Source of the DNA: Bacteroides sp.
Lineage (GTDB): Bacteria > Bacteroidota > Bacteroidia > Bacteroidales > Muribaculaceae
Reading direction: 5' to 3'
Assembly (NCBI GenBank): GCA_014801535.1
Contig: JAAVEA010000006.1
Span: forward strand, 51,433 to 115,432
DNA: 64,000 bases
This document shows positions 41,268-50,724 of the stretch, piece by piece. A program made the translations under genes and the position numbers. The notes beneath the pieces are model-generated. The model was not told where the DNA came from and searched no databases. It saw nothing but the letters and a program-made list of their open reading frames with translations. Positions within the stretch are counted from its first letter, which is position 1. Each line of letters begins with the position of its first letter.

Positions 41268-42944
41268 CTAACATGCATGAGCACGATCTGAGGAGGGGTG
41301 TTTCGCGCGAATCTCAACCCGGCGTATCTTGCCGCTGATAGTTTTCGGCAATTCATCCACAAATTCTATTACGCGTGGATACTTGTAGGGAGCGGTGGTT
41401 TTCTTGACGTGATTTTGCAACGTTTTCACAAGTTCATCCCCAATCTTTTCCTTCCAATCATCGGCCAAAACAACAGTAGCTTTAACAATCTGACCTCTCA
41501 CAGGATCTGGCACTCCGGTGATTGCACACTCTACTACGGCCGGATGAGACATAAGTGAATTTTCAACTTCAAAGGGACCGATGCGGTAGCCTGAAGATTT
41601 AATCACATCGTCTGCGCGGCCGACAAACCAATAATAGCCGTCTTCATCGCGTGTGGCTACATCTCCGGTGCGATACACCCCTTTGCTGTGCGCTTCACGG
41701 GTGAGAGCTTCGTCATAAAGATATTCCCTGAAAAGTCCTAAAGGACGGCGACGGTCGGTATAAATGACAATCTCCCCCTCTTCTCCGGGACGGCAGGACT
41801 CTCCTTCGGCGTTGATAAGGTCGATGTCATATTCCGGACTGGGAATTCCCATTGAGCCCGGTTTTGATTCCATCCAGGGGAATGTGCCTACGGTCAGAGT
41901 GGTTTCTGTCTGGCCGAATCCCTCCTTTATATCGAGGCCGGTGAGTTCCCTCCATCTCTCAAATACACTTGGATTCATGGCTTCGCCCGCAGTGGTGCAA
42001 TATCTGAGAGAAGATAGATTGAATTTAGAGAGGTCTTCAAGAATCATGAACCTATATATGGTGGGTGGCGCGCAGAATGATGTCACCTTATATTTCTCCA
42101 TCTGGCCAAGAAGGTGTTGGGCATTGAATTTCTCGAAGTCGTAGACAAACACGTTAGCTCCAGAGAACCATTGCCCGTAAAGTTTCCCCCACACAGCTTT
42201 CCCCCAACCAGTATCGGCGACAGTGAGATGTAAAGAAGACTCATCAAGATTATGCCAATATTTTCCGGTGATGATATGTCCTAAAGGATAAAGGAAATCG
42301 TGCGCTACCATTTTAGGCTCACCAGTGGTTCCAGAGGTGAAATATAAAAGGGAAAGATCTTCATTTGAATTAACCGTTTCGGGTCGTTTGAATTTATCGG
42401 CAGAAGCGATCCCTTTATCGAAATCATACCATCCTGCCGGAACTTCCGGTCCTGTGGATATCAGACATTCCACAGAGGGTGACAACGGTAAGGCACGCTC
42501 GATATGACTTATCACTATGGGGTCGCCCACCGATACTATAGCTTTTATCTTAGCTGCATTACACCGGTATACAATATCTTTTTCTGTGAGAAGATGAGTG
42601 GCCGGTATGGCTACAGCTCCGAGCTTGTGAAGGGCAAGAATGGAAAACCAGAATTGATGATGACGCTTTAATATCAGCATAACCTTGTCTCCGCGACCTA
42701 TTCCCACGCTTTGGAAGAAAGAAGCCGTCTGATCGGAATATTCTTTCATATCCTTGAATGTGAACTGACGTTTGACACCTTCTTCATTGGTCCAGAGCAA
42801 GGCGGGCTTATCGGGCGCGATACGTGCCCATTCATCTACAACATCATATGCGAAATTAAACACTTCAGGCACTATAACCTTATAATTGCGCTTGAAATCA
42901 TCTAATGATTCAAAATCGCATTTTTTTAAAAACTTCTCTAACAT
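41268..42944 (-). CDS. AMP-forming acyl-CoA synthetase
   Basis: YFTSGTTGEPK, EGFGQTET, YRTGD, GRADDVIKSSGYRIGPFEVE, LPKTISGKIRR. Confidence 0.93.
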   Translation of the reverse strand: MLEKFLKKCDFESLDDFKRNYKVIVPEVFNFAYDVVDEWARIAPDKPALLWTNEEGVKRQFTFKDMKEYSDQTASFFQSVGIGRGDKVMLILKRHHQFWFSILALHKLGAVAIPATHLLTEKDIVYRCNAAKIKAIVSVGDPIVISHIERALPLSPSVECLISTGPEVPAGWYDFDKGIASADKFKRPETVNSNEDLSLLYFTSGTTGEPKMVAHDFLYPLGHIITGKYWHNLDESSLHLTVADTGWGKAVWGKLYGQWFSGANVFVYDFEKFNAQHLLGQMEKYKVTSFCAPPTIYRFMILEDLSKFNLSSLRYCTTAGEAMNPSVFERWRELTGLDIKEGFGQTETTLTVGTFPWMESKPGSMGIPSPEYDIDLINAEGESCRPGEEGEIVIYTDRRRPLGLFREYLYDEALTREAHSKGVYRTGDVATRDEDGYYWFVGRADDVIKSSGYRIGPFEVENSLMSHPAVVECAITGVPDPVRGQIVKATVVLADDWKEKIGDELVKTLQNHVKKTTAPYKYPRVIEFVDELPKTISGKIRRVEIRAKHPSSDRAHAC

Positions 42945-43250
42945 GATTTTTTACCTTCTTATTCAGACATTTTCCTAACGCAGGGCAACTGGGGAGGGAG
43001 ACAGGGATTCCCGCGGTGTTTTCAATTCAATTAATTTGCTTGCAAATATGAAAAGAATCTTTTAATTACACAACTTTTTGATATTAAATTTATTAAAGAT
43101 GGCACACTTTTGAAACAAGTGTGCTGAGAACAGAACACATTGCTCATATAGATGTGCAATCTATAATTTGTTCTTTACTATGATTTAAAAATTTTGAACC
43201 TTTTTTAAAACGGTACGTTATATAGTTAAAGAAAACAAAAAACAAAGGTT

Positions 43251-43514
43251 ATGGAAGCAAGAGATAATAACAGACAAAATATAGGTAACAATATCGAACA
43301 AGCTGAAACTATGGCAAGAGCTGAACAAAGAAAGAGAAAAAACGAGAGCACTCGTAAGATGAATAAACTCTGGATGTGGCTGGGAGTTGTTATTCTTATC
43401 TTTATCCTTCTTTTCTGGATATTCGGAATCGGCACACAGGAAGCAGTTGATGGAATTGACAACGGTGTTCAGACTACCATCACTACCGGAACTGCAACTC
43501 CTTCAGGTGAGTAA
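43251..43514 (+). CDS. Small single-pass membrane protein
   Basis: NKLWMWLGVVILIFILLFWIF hydrophobic helix; A-rich initiation region; terminator at 43607-43639. Confidence 0.65.
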   Translation: MEARDNNRQNIGNNIEQAETMARAEQRKRKNESTRKMNKLWMWLGVVILIFILLFWIFGIGTQEAVDGIDNGVQTTITTGTATPSGE

Positions 43515-43648
43515 AATATTTTAGCAGCTTCTTAGATAATAAAGAGATACCCGGCCATTCAAAGTCCTTATAAAGGGTTATATAATATTATGGAAAAGAC
43601 CGGGATAAAGGCCTCAAAGCACTTTGAGGTCTTTTTTTTGATAATACA

Positions 43649-43671
43649 GGGCGCAACATGGTGCATTCCTA
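43649..43671 (-). repeat. REP-like short palindrome, copy 3 (degenerate)
   Basis: TAGGAATGCACCATGTTGCGCCC on - strand. Confidence 0.45.
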
Positions 43672-43789
43672 AGGAAAAAGGTTTGCTTGCCATCGTCGGC
43701 GAGCAAACCTCCATTCTTGCATAAGAGAATTATTAGTCCATTGAAGAGAATAATATACACATTTTTAAACAATTATTTAATTTAAACAA

Positions 43790-45931
43790 TTATTTTACGG
43801 ATCGATGTGATTCCCTTTCCTTTGTATCGCGATAAACGTTATTAACCTTGCGTCCGCCAAAGGAATAAGCTATGCGAAGAGCCACTGCGTGTTGGTGTAT
43901 ATCGGTTCTGGAATAGAGTGTGTAATCCTTAAACTTCGCACTCGATTTCGTTATGCTCCAGCCGAATGGATCGGTAACTGAGGCTGCGATGGTTAGACGG
44001 TTATCAAGCAAAACATACCTTAATTCTCCGGTCAGGAACGTCCTGTTTTCATATTTAATCATCTTGTCTTCGTATGGGAAGTAGTGACTACAACGGATGT
44101 TGAAAATCAGGTTTTTCTTTCGGGTCAGCATCCATGAGGTGTTGAGTTCGAGTTTTCCGCTCCAGCTGTTTTCATCATCCTCTTTATAATAAGGGCTCTT
44201 TGATTTTGTATTTGAATAGAATACCTCACCCCCGAGATTGATGTTCCACCAGCTGAAAAGAGAGCGATTGTAAGATGCATAGAGACCAACCTTAGTGGTG
44301 TTGAGACAATTTTCAGGAATAGTCCATTGCATTCCATCAGGATTGAAATGGGTGATATAGCCGATCGCATTCCTGTTCCAGGAGCCGTATAACACAGCAT
44401 AAATTCCCTTGTAGCTGTAATTTATACCGGCATTATGAGTTATGACTGCTTCAAGGTCGGGATTTCCTGTAAAGTAGTCATTTACCGTAGTGTAATAACG
44501 GAAAGGATTCATATCCCCGAAGCTCGGGCGACTGATGCCCATGGAATAATCGGCCGACAGGCGTCCTCCTCCCGGAATGTTCCAACTTATGAGCGCAGAG
44601 GGAAAGAGATAGTCATAAAGTCTGTGATTACGCATATTGTTAACTTCCTGAAAGCCTGTAACATCCGTGTGCTCATATCTCAAGCCTATTTTACCGTACA
44701 TACCTCCGGTGAAATTTTTTTCTGCACTTAGATAAAGTGCGAAGGTTTTCTCATCATATTTGAAATGGTTGCTTTGAGTGGGATCATTTATTAGTTCTCC
44801 ATTCACTTCATTAGCCACCTTTAAATTCGTATTGTTTCCGATAGCGGTATAGGCTGCACCGGTTTCCATCCTGAACGATGAGAAGGGAAGGGTGGCATCC
44901 AATTTCACCGAATGAATGTCATATCGGTTATCGTCATCCTTAGTGAGTCGTGATAGGCTGGAATTATCCCATCGGGTTGCGATATCGGAGAAAGATGAGC
45001 TGCGCTTGTCAAACCAATTGTAGGTCAAGCTAAGCAACTTCCCTTTGGAATCCAAAATCCAATCTGCGAAACCGGTCAGGGTCAAGGCATTTTCCGGATA
45101 GGAGGGTACTGTAGAGGTTGAAAGAAGCGTCGAGCCTCTTTCGAGAGTCTTATCGGTAATATCATTATTAAAGCGATTGTTACTGTAATTCACAATGGCT
45201 CCCGCACTGAAACGGGTGCTGAACTTATATTTGAAAAGCCCGTTCGCTCCGAGGGTGCGCCATAGGAAAGAATTCCTTCTGTCGGATATCCGGCTGTAAT
45301 CGCTGAAAAGGTATTCCTTGTAAACATCATTTTTCCCTTTGAAGTCGTTCCAACTTATATCGCCCGACAATTCCACCTTGCGGGTGGTATGCGACACATT
45401 CCCTCCGAGCATATATTTAAAATTATCCGAATAGCTTCCTCTTCCCCAGACATTCCCTCGCGTTCCGAACGATTCATTCCTTGTGGTTATACTGATGAAA
45501 GCCACATTATTTCCGGCTGCATATCTTGCCGGAGGCGTGGTGAGGAGTTCGATCTTCTCAATTCCGTTGGCTTGGAGATTCTTCAACTTAAGGGCTATTG
45601 CGTCGTCGGTCATTTCCAGGAGATGGCCGTCAACAATGTATTTTACGGAATTCTTGCCTGCAACGCTCACCTGATCATTGATCACGGATACGCGAGGAAT
45701 GCGGTCGAGCAGTTCCACACCATTGAGACCGATAGCATAAGGATCATTCTTGATGGTGTAAACTATTCGATCCGGCTGCTGTTTCACGGCAGACCGTTTG
45801 GCAGTGACAACCACTTCATTCAGATCTCGTTCCATATCCGCGGATGAAGAGATGGAATCATTCTTTTCCTGTGAAAAAATGGATGTAGGGAGTGCTACCG
45901 CTCCTAAGAGCAGTATAAAAGACTTTTTCAT
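43790..45931 (-). CDS. TonB-receptor-like outer-membrane beta-barrel protein
   Basis: Signal peptide, LNEVVVTA TonB box, IEKIELLTTPPARYA, RPSFGDMNPF, GNPDL, YSFG. Confidence 0.8.
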   Translation of the reverse strand: MKKSFILLLGAVALPTSIFSQEKNDSISSSADMERDLNEVVVTAKRSAVKQQPDRIVYTIKNDPYAIGLNGVELLDRIPRVSVINDQVSVAGKNSVKYIVDGHLLEMTDDAIALKLKNLQANGIEKIELLTTPPARYAAGNNVAFISITTRNESFGTRGNVWGRGSYSDNFKYMLGGNVSHTTRKVELSGDISWNDFKGKNDVYKEYLFSDYSRISDRRNSFLWRTLGANGLFKYKFSTRFSAGAIVNYSNNRFNNDITDKTLERGSTLLSTSTVPSYPENALTLTGFADWILDSKGKLLSLTYNWFDKRSSSFSDIATRWDNSSLSRLTKDDDNRYDIHSVKLDATLPFSSFRMETGAAYTAIGNNTNLKVANEVNGELINDPTQSNHFKYDEKTFALYLSAEKNFTGGMYGKIGLRYEHTDVTGFQEVNNMRNHRLYDYLFPSALISWNIPGGGRLSADYSMGISRPSFGDMNPFRYYTTVNDYFTGNPDLEAVITHNAGINYSYKGIYAVLYGSWNRNAIGYITHFNPDGMQWTIPENCLNTTKVGLYASYNRSLFSWWNINLGGEVFYSNTKSKSPYYKEDDENSWSGKLELNTSWMLTRKKNLIFNIRCSHYFPYEDKMIKYENRTFLTGELRYVLLDNRLTIAASVTDPFGWSITKSSAKFKDYTLYSRTDIHQHAVALRIAYSFGGRKVNNVYRDTKERESHRSVK

Positions 45932-46054
45932 AATGTATATCGGAATTAAATTTTCAGACTAACTGAAGTTGTCAAAACTTCATTGGAAGCGACGTTGTGT
46001 GTTATGATTTATAACTTCTACATTCTATTTTACAACTTACTTACAGCTTATAAC

Positions 46055-46441
46055 TTATTTAAAGGCTTCAGAGGAGCCGTTTATAAAGATATAGCATGAG
46101 GAATTGGAATAATACTGGATTCCGATGTTGATATCGTGATTGTTATTCTTTATCACCATGTAGGAATATGAAGGGCCTCCGTCTTTAATTATATCCTGCG
46201 AGGTTTCGGCTCTGTCGGTATCTTTTTTGAACAGTTGGGTTACTTTTTTGACCAAAGCGGCGTTGTTGTTGACAGTGAATCCCCGGTAATATTTATCTTT
46301 ATTTTTTGAGATATGAATCTGCACACTCTTGTCGGAGTTATACGAGCCGTCGAAAAGTTTTTCCACATTTAATTGTGGCGGTTTGGCCATGGCCAATATG
46401 CTTATGAAAGAGAATATGATTATGATGATATAGCGTTTCAT
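46055..46441 (-). CDS. Small exported protein of the ECF sigma cassette
   Basis: Signal peptide ending AMA; 4-nt overlap with the anti-sigma gene. Confidence 0.65.
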   Translation of the reverse strand: MKRYIIIIIFSFISILAMAKPPQLNVEKLFDGSYNSDKSVQIHISKNKDKYYRGFTVNNNAALVKKVTQLFKKDTDRAETSQDIIKDGGPSYSYMVIKNNNHDINIGIQYYSNSSCYIFINGSSEAFK

Positions 46442-46968
46442 TTTTTTTCTGAAATTAAATTAATAAAATATTCCTGTCTTAATTCGTCTTCCTTTATCTG
46501 AGCCTGCGCCATTGCCATAAGCTCCTCTGCTTTTTTAATGGATTCGTTAACAGCTTTTTCAGAATCCTCAGGACTCAGTTTTTTTCCACCCTCGTAGGCA
46601 ATAACCAATTCAGCAGATGATACGGTATGATGAGCGAAGTTTTGTTTGTGGCTCTGATTCATGCCGTCTCCTCCATTTTTCACTATGAAAATAGAGAGGG
46701 AGATAACCATCATCAATGATGCCGCTATTCCTGCCGTAAGGCGCACCCATTTTAATTTAGGCTTTTTGCGCACTCTAATTTCAGGGGTGAGAAGGCCTTC
46801 AGCAATCATTGATTGGCGAGCCTCATCAATCAGAGGAGAACTATAATCGAGTTTGCCGAGAATGTATTGCAGCTCCCTTTCTTCCAGAACAGAAAGCTGA
46901 CACTCCAGATATAACCGGCAGAGTTCTTCAGTCTCCTGCAAATTCAGTATTTGGTCGTTATCTTTCAT
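46438..46968 (-). CDS. Putative membrane anti-sigma factor
   Basis: LCRLYLECQLSVLEERELQ N-terminus, GIAASL TM helix; overlaps the sigma gene. Confidence 0.7.
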   Translation of the reverse strand: MKDNDQILNLQETEELCRLYLECQLSVLEERELQYILGKLDYSSPLIDEARQSMIAEGLLTPEIRVRKKPKLKWVRLTAGIAASLMMVISLSIFIVKNGGDGMNQSHKQNFAHHTVSSAELVIAYEGGKKLSPEDSEKAVNESIKKAEELMAMAQAQIKEDELRQEYFINLISEKK

Positions 46969-47444
46969 CTGTTCAGTTTTTGATAATTATCTTTTATTCT
47001 CTTTCTCGCCCGGCTCATATTCATTCTTACCGCCTCGACGGCCATATCGAGCTTCGAGGCTATATCTTCATAATCCAATCCATCGTGAACTACAAAGTTA
47101 TAAATTTTTCTCTGAATAGGGGTCAATCCTGTTGAAAGTAATGCCTCCAGTCGCTCCACATCTTCTGAAAAACCGGGTTCCACTGTCATATTATCAATCG
47201 ACGACTCACTGATGTCAACCGATGGCATCCGGCGGATCCTGTCGATACAAACATTCCTCAACACGGTGAAGAGTTTGTTTCGCGCTTCGGCATCCGATCC
47301 GACAGGTTCCTTTTTCCATAGATTGAAAAAAGTGTCCTGCAATGCATCTTTGGCATCCTCATCATTCTTGAGGAACCTCAGAGCGCTTCGGTGGAGCTTG
47401 TCGCGCAGGCTCATGAATGAATATGTCAGTTTGTCCTGTTTCAT
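46965..47444 (-). CDS. ECF RNA polymerase sigma factor
   Basis: DAKDALQDTFFNLW, RNVCID (region 2); GLDYEDIA..VRMNMSRAR (region 4); ATG at 47444. Confidence 0.9.
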   Translation of the reverse strand: MKQDKLTYSFMSLRDKLHRSALRFLKNDEDAKDALQDTFFNLWKKEPVGSDAEARNKLFTVLRNVCIDRIRRMPSVDISESSIDNMTVEPGFSEDVERLEALLSTGLTPIQRKIYNFVVHDGLDYEDIASKLDMAVEAVRMNMSRARKRIKDNYQKLNR

Positions 47445-47522
47445 ATCGGTTACATTATAGATACGTTTTAAAATCCAAAACATAACCGGGATTCTGAAAA
47501 AAATTTGATTTTTCTTTAAAAA

Positions 47523-47649
47523 GAGGGTGTGTCATAACGGCCCGTCTGGGTCGTTGGTTGAGATTTCGACTTCGGTCACATACGTGAGTATGCTCCCATC
47601 AGCCTCAATCTCAACCGCCTACCATCCGAACCATTCTGACAGCACCCTC
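47523..47649. mobile_element. 127-bp imperfect-palindrome MITE-like (ERIC-like) element
   Basis: Ends GAGGGTGTGTCATAA / TTCTGACAGCACCCTC; inner stem GGTTGAGATT/AATCTCAACC; core CGGTCA-CATAC-GTGA-GTATG-CTCC. Confidence 0.6.
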
Positions 47650-47708
47650 GCCATCCGGATAAAAGTATTACGGTGTATCAAATTTTCATATTTAGACCCA
47701 CACGGTTT

Positions 47709-49856
47709 TTATTCTTTGGTCAGTCTTGAATTGTCGATGCTCTTTTCAACCCGTGGAGCCCTGAATTTTTTACCTGAACTGAAATTGTAGGTTACACCTG
47801 CTATAACAGCCATATAATTTTTGGAATGAAGGAATCTGTCGTAAATTGAGGAAGTGTTTCGGAGCCTGTTGTTTCGTTGCAGCATGTTCTCCATCCCTAA
47901 TGATACAGACCATTGTTTCCCAAATCGTTTCTGCACAGTCGGATTAATATTGAGGATCGGGTAAACTGTGATGTTGCCGATTTTCATTTTTGAGCTGTAG
48001 AAGCAGTTTACATTCAGATTGAATCCATGAGGAAGGGTGAACGATGTGCTTGCCACAAGCTGGATATATCCAAATGTGTCGAAGGGCTCAGATGAATGCA
48101 GTTTTTGCGATTTCACTATATATGTTACACTCGAATAAAGATTCCACCAGTTGGTTATATTGAATAATCCGTCAGCATGAATGAAAAAATTCCGGTCTTT
48201 CCCTTCATTCTCCCAAGTGAGATACATCCTTTCGGGATACTCGGGATTAAGAGTGAATACCTGCCTGATTGGCTTATCTGTTGATGAGTAGCCGGTGGCT
48301 ATTGTGAATTTCCGCGCAAGCACGAAATCCAGACTTACACCATCGGTGAGACTCTGGGTGAGCGTGGGATTACCGACCGTATAGTAATAGTCGGAAACCT
48401 GCATCACTGTGGGATTGAGCGCCCAGAATGAAGGGCGACGTATATTGCGGTAATAACCTAATGCAATGGTGTAGTCACCGTTTTCAGTTATGTTAAATGC
48501 AACGTTGGCATTCGGAAAAATGTCGAAACGCTGATAATTGGACCGGCTTCCGTTCGATTTGTAATATTCCCCGCGCATACCGGCCTTAAAACTCCATCTC
48601 CCTGCCTTTCCGGAAGCTGTGGCATATAAGGCAACGATATTTTCATTATAGGAGGTATCGTAATCGTAGCCTTCGTTTGCCATCCAACCTGCCTCTGTAA
48701 CGAAATGGTGATAGGAACGGTTTGAAACATTGTTGAACGTGTATTTGCCACCGATATTCAGATTCCAGTTGGGATTGAAAACCTTACGTAATGAAATGTC
48801 GGTTACAAAAATGTTGTATCTGTTCGAATTGTCGGTGCTATACACTGAATCATTCGGAAGATTGGTCCAACTCATTTCGTTATTCTCATTCACCGTTGAG
48901 TTCTGGTAGTTGTAATTGGATATTAGCTTGAACACTGATCCCTGATCATCTAATGGGCGGGACCAGTTGAACGAGGCATTGAAGTTGTGAAAGCGTTCTT
49001 TATTTTTATAGTCACCAAATGTCTTTTCAAGAAGATTTTCTCCAAAGATTGATGTCTCAGAATCGGAAACGCTCTTTTTCCGGTTAGAGTTGTAATCGAA
49101 CTGCAGCCCTAACTTATCTTTATCGTAAGGCTCATAAAAGAGTCCCAGCATAGCATTCCCTTGAATCTCCTTACTATTATGTCGTGAAATTCCGTTCATC
49201 TCTTGAGAAAGAAGGCTATTTGACGATTCATCGTATGAAGTGTATCTGTCGTAAGGAGAGCCGTTAAGATTTCCGTTTAAGGAGACAGTCCATTTCCCGG
49301 AGTGTAAACCGAAATTGAGGAAAGGGTTAAACCATTGCTTATTCTTTCCTGAAGTGACATTCATCCCTGTCGATCCGGAAATGCCATCGATACGGTTTCG
49401 TTTAATGTTGATCCTTATTATTCCTCCCGAAGAGTCGGCACTGTATTCAGCGCCTCCCCTTGGTATAATCTCGATTGTGGCAATGGAAGAGGATGGGATT
49501 GTTTTCAGATAGGTCATAAGCTGCCTGCCTGACATGTTTACTTTCCTGTCGTCGATATAGACGGTGGTTCCTCCCTGCCCGTAGATAGATATATGATCAT
49601 CATCTGCCCAGACTCCTGGAGCTGTCTGCAGTAATTCCTGTGCATTTTTGTTTGCCGATAAAGGATTGGCACTTATATTAAGGACTATCCGGTCTGCTTC
49701 GCGCCGTATGAGAGGCGCTTTAACCACAACCTCCTCCAGCATCTTCGTTTCCTGGGCTGTCGTGTCGTTTTCAACGGTGGTTTGTGTGGTCTCTTTTGCA
49801 TTTGAACCAATGAAAGAAAGAAGCATCGGTGCAAGCATTAATATTATCTTTTTCAT
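47709..49856 (-). CDS. TonB-receptor-like outer-membrane beta-barrel protein
   Basis: Signal peptide, LEEVVVKA TonB box, IATIEII..AEYSA..GGIIRI, RRPSFWALNP, GNPTL, YNF. Confidence 0.8.
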   Translation of the reverse strand: MKKIILMLAPMLLSFIGSNAKETTQTTVENDTTAQETKMLEEVVVKAPLIRREADRIVLNISANPLSANKNAQELLQTAPGVWADDDHISIYGQGGTTVYIDDRKVNMSGRQLMTYLKTIPSSSIATIEIIPRGGAEYSADSSGGIIRINIKRNRIDGISGSTGMNVTSGKNKQWFNPFLNFGLHSGKWTVSLNGNLNGSPYDRYTSYDESSNSLLSQEMNGISRHNSKEIQGNAMLGLFYEPYDKDKLGLQFDYNSNRKKSVSDSETSIFGENLLEKTFGDYKNKERFHNFNASFNWSRPLDDQGSVFKLISNYNYQNSTVNENNEMSWTNLPNDSVYSTDNSNRYNIFVTDISLRKVFNPNWNLNIGGKYTFNNVSNRSYHHFVTEAGWMANEGYDYDTSYNENIVALYATASGKAGRWSFKAGMRGEYYKSNGSRSNYQRFDIFPNANVAFNITENGDYTIALGYYRNIRRPSFWALNPTVMQVSDYYYTVGNPTLTQSLTDGVSLDFVLARKFTIATGYSSTDKPIRQVFTLNPEYPERMYLTWENEGKDRNFFIHADGLFNITNWWNLYSSVTYIVKSQKLHSSEPFDTFGYIQLVASTSFTLPHGFNLNVNCFYSSKMKIGNITVYPILNINPTVQKRFGKQWSVSLGMENMLQRNNRLRNTSSIYDRFLHSKNYMAVIAGVTYNFSSGKKFRAPRVEKSIDNSRLTKE

Positions 49857-50602
49857 TTTGCTCTAATTTTTTGTTCCTGACCAATTTTATAATTTGAGAA
49901 GGCGATTCTTCTACGATATTCCACTATATTAGCCCAATATTCAATATTTTTATGTGGGTTTCTTATATCCTTATTGCAAAAACATAGGTAGATGGAAAAA
50001 TCAACCCCCATCTTTCTGGTCTTTTTGGTTTTAGACTGATACACGCTTATCTGGGCAATCGGAGTGTCGCCATAATTAAAGAAATCCGCAATCAGGAGTT
50101 GCCGTTTCCTTTTGTTGAAATAGTAATATGTGTACATCTCTGAATCCTTTCTGGTCCAGTTTTCCACATCATCGTCGTGTATCCACATTGTATATGGTTT
50201 TTCCTCCCACATCGGAGTGGAAATGGAATTTGGCTTACCTGTTGACATTATCCCGTTAGTTTTCACAAATATCCTTTCCAGTTCGGGTACATAGCATAGA
50301 ATCTCGGCACTGTCAAGATTGCAGGAATGAAGAATGTCGGTCATAAATTTCTTCATCCCAGGATATTTATCCAAAGAATCCTTGCACGAGATTATTGAAG
50401 GGTTGGAGGGGAGGATGACATTTCCGAAAGTGAACCGATAGGTTGTATCGCGGTCAATCATCTGGCCAAAGCCAGGGTTGATATGCCAGTCACGGTTGGA
50501 GAAAAGAAGTTCTTTGGGAGATGAACAGCTTGCAAAAATCATAAGAGAGATTAAAAGTGCAAGCATAGGCTTAGTCATATTCAAAGGTTTCATAACGTAC
50601 AT
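49853..50602 (-). CDS. Hypothetical lipoprotein (exact start uncertain)
   Basis: LALLISLMIFASC lipobox; 4-nt overlap with the downstream barrel gene. Confidence 0.7.
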   Translation of the reverse strand: MYVMKPLNMTKPMLALLISLMIFASCSSPKELLFSNRDWHINPGFGQMIDRDTTYRFTFGNVILPSNPSIISCKDSLDKYPGMKKFMTDILHSCNLDSAEILCYVPELERIFVKTNGIMSTGKPNSISTPMWEEKPYTMWIHDDDVENWTRKDSEMYTYYYFNKRKRQLLIADFFNYGDTPIAQISVYQSKTKKTRKMGVDFSIYLCFCNKDIRNPHKNIEYWANIVEYRRRIAFSNYKIGQEQKIRAK

Positions 50603-50645
50603 GTTTTTGTTTCCGATGCAAAAATAGATAGTAAAAGGGTAGGAA

Positions 50646-50704
50646 AGTCTTAGGGATATCTCCTTTAGTCTTAGTTAGTCTTAGTTGATGGTAAAAAGTC
50701 CTAA
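50646..50704. promoter_or_regulatory. Phased AGTCTTAG direct repeats between divergent promoters (candidate OmpR-type operator)
   Basis: AGTCTTAG at 50646, 50667, 50677 and AGTCCTAA at 50697; -7 motifs at 50619-50626 (-) and 50713-50720 (+). Confidence 0.6.
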
Positions 50705-50724
50705 ATTTTGCTTACTTTTGCATT

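Noticed and set aside
42960-43030. GC-rich leader of the acyl-CoA synthetase as a riboswitch
   Set aside because: Only a modest hairpin; no TPP, cobalamin, SAM or FMN signature recognised.
43100-43113. Second sigma54-like motif TGGCACACTTTTGA
   Set aside because: GG-N9 spacing is one base short of the strict -24/-12 geometry.
47527-47790. 87-aa ORF on the + strand
   Set aside because: It spans the palindromic element and overlaps the barrel gene's 3' end; spurious.
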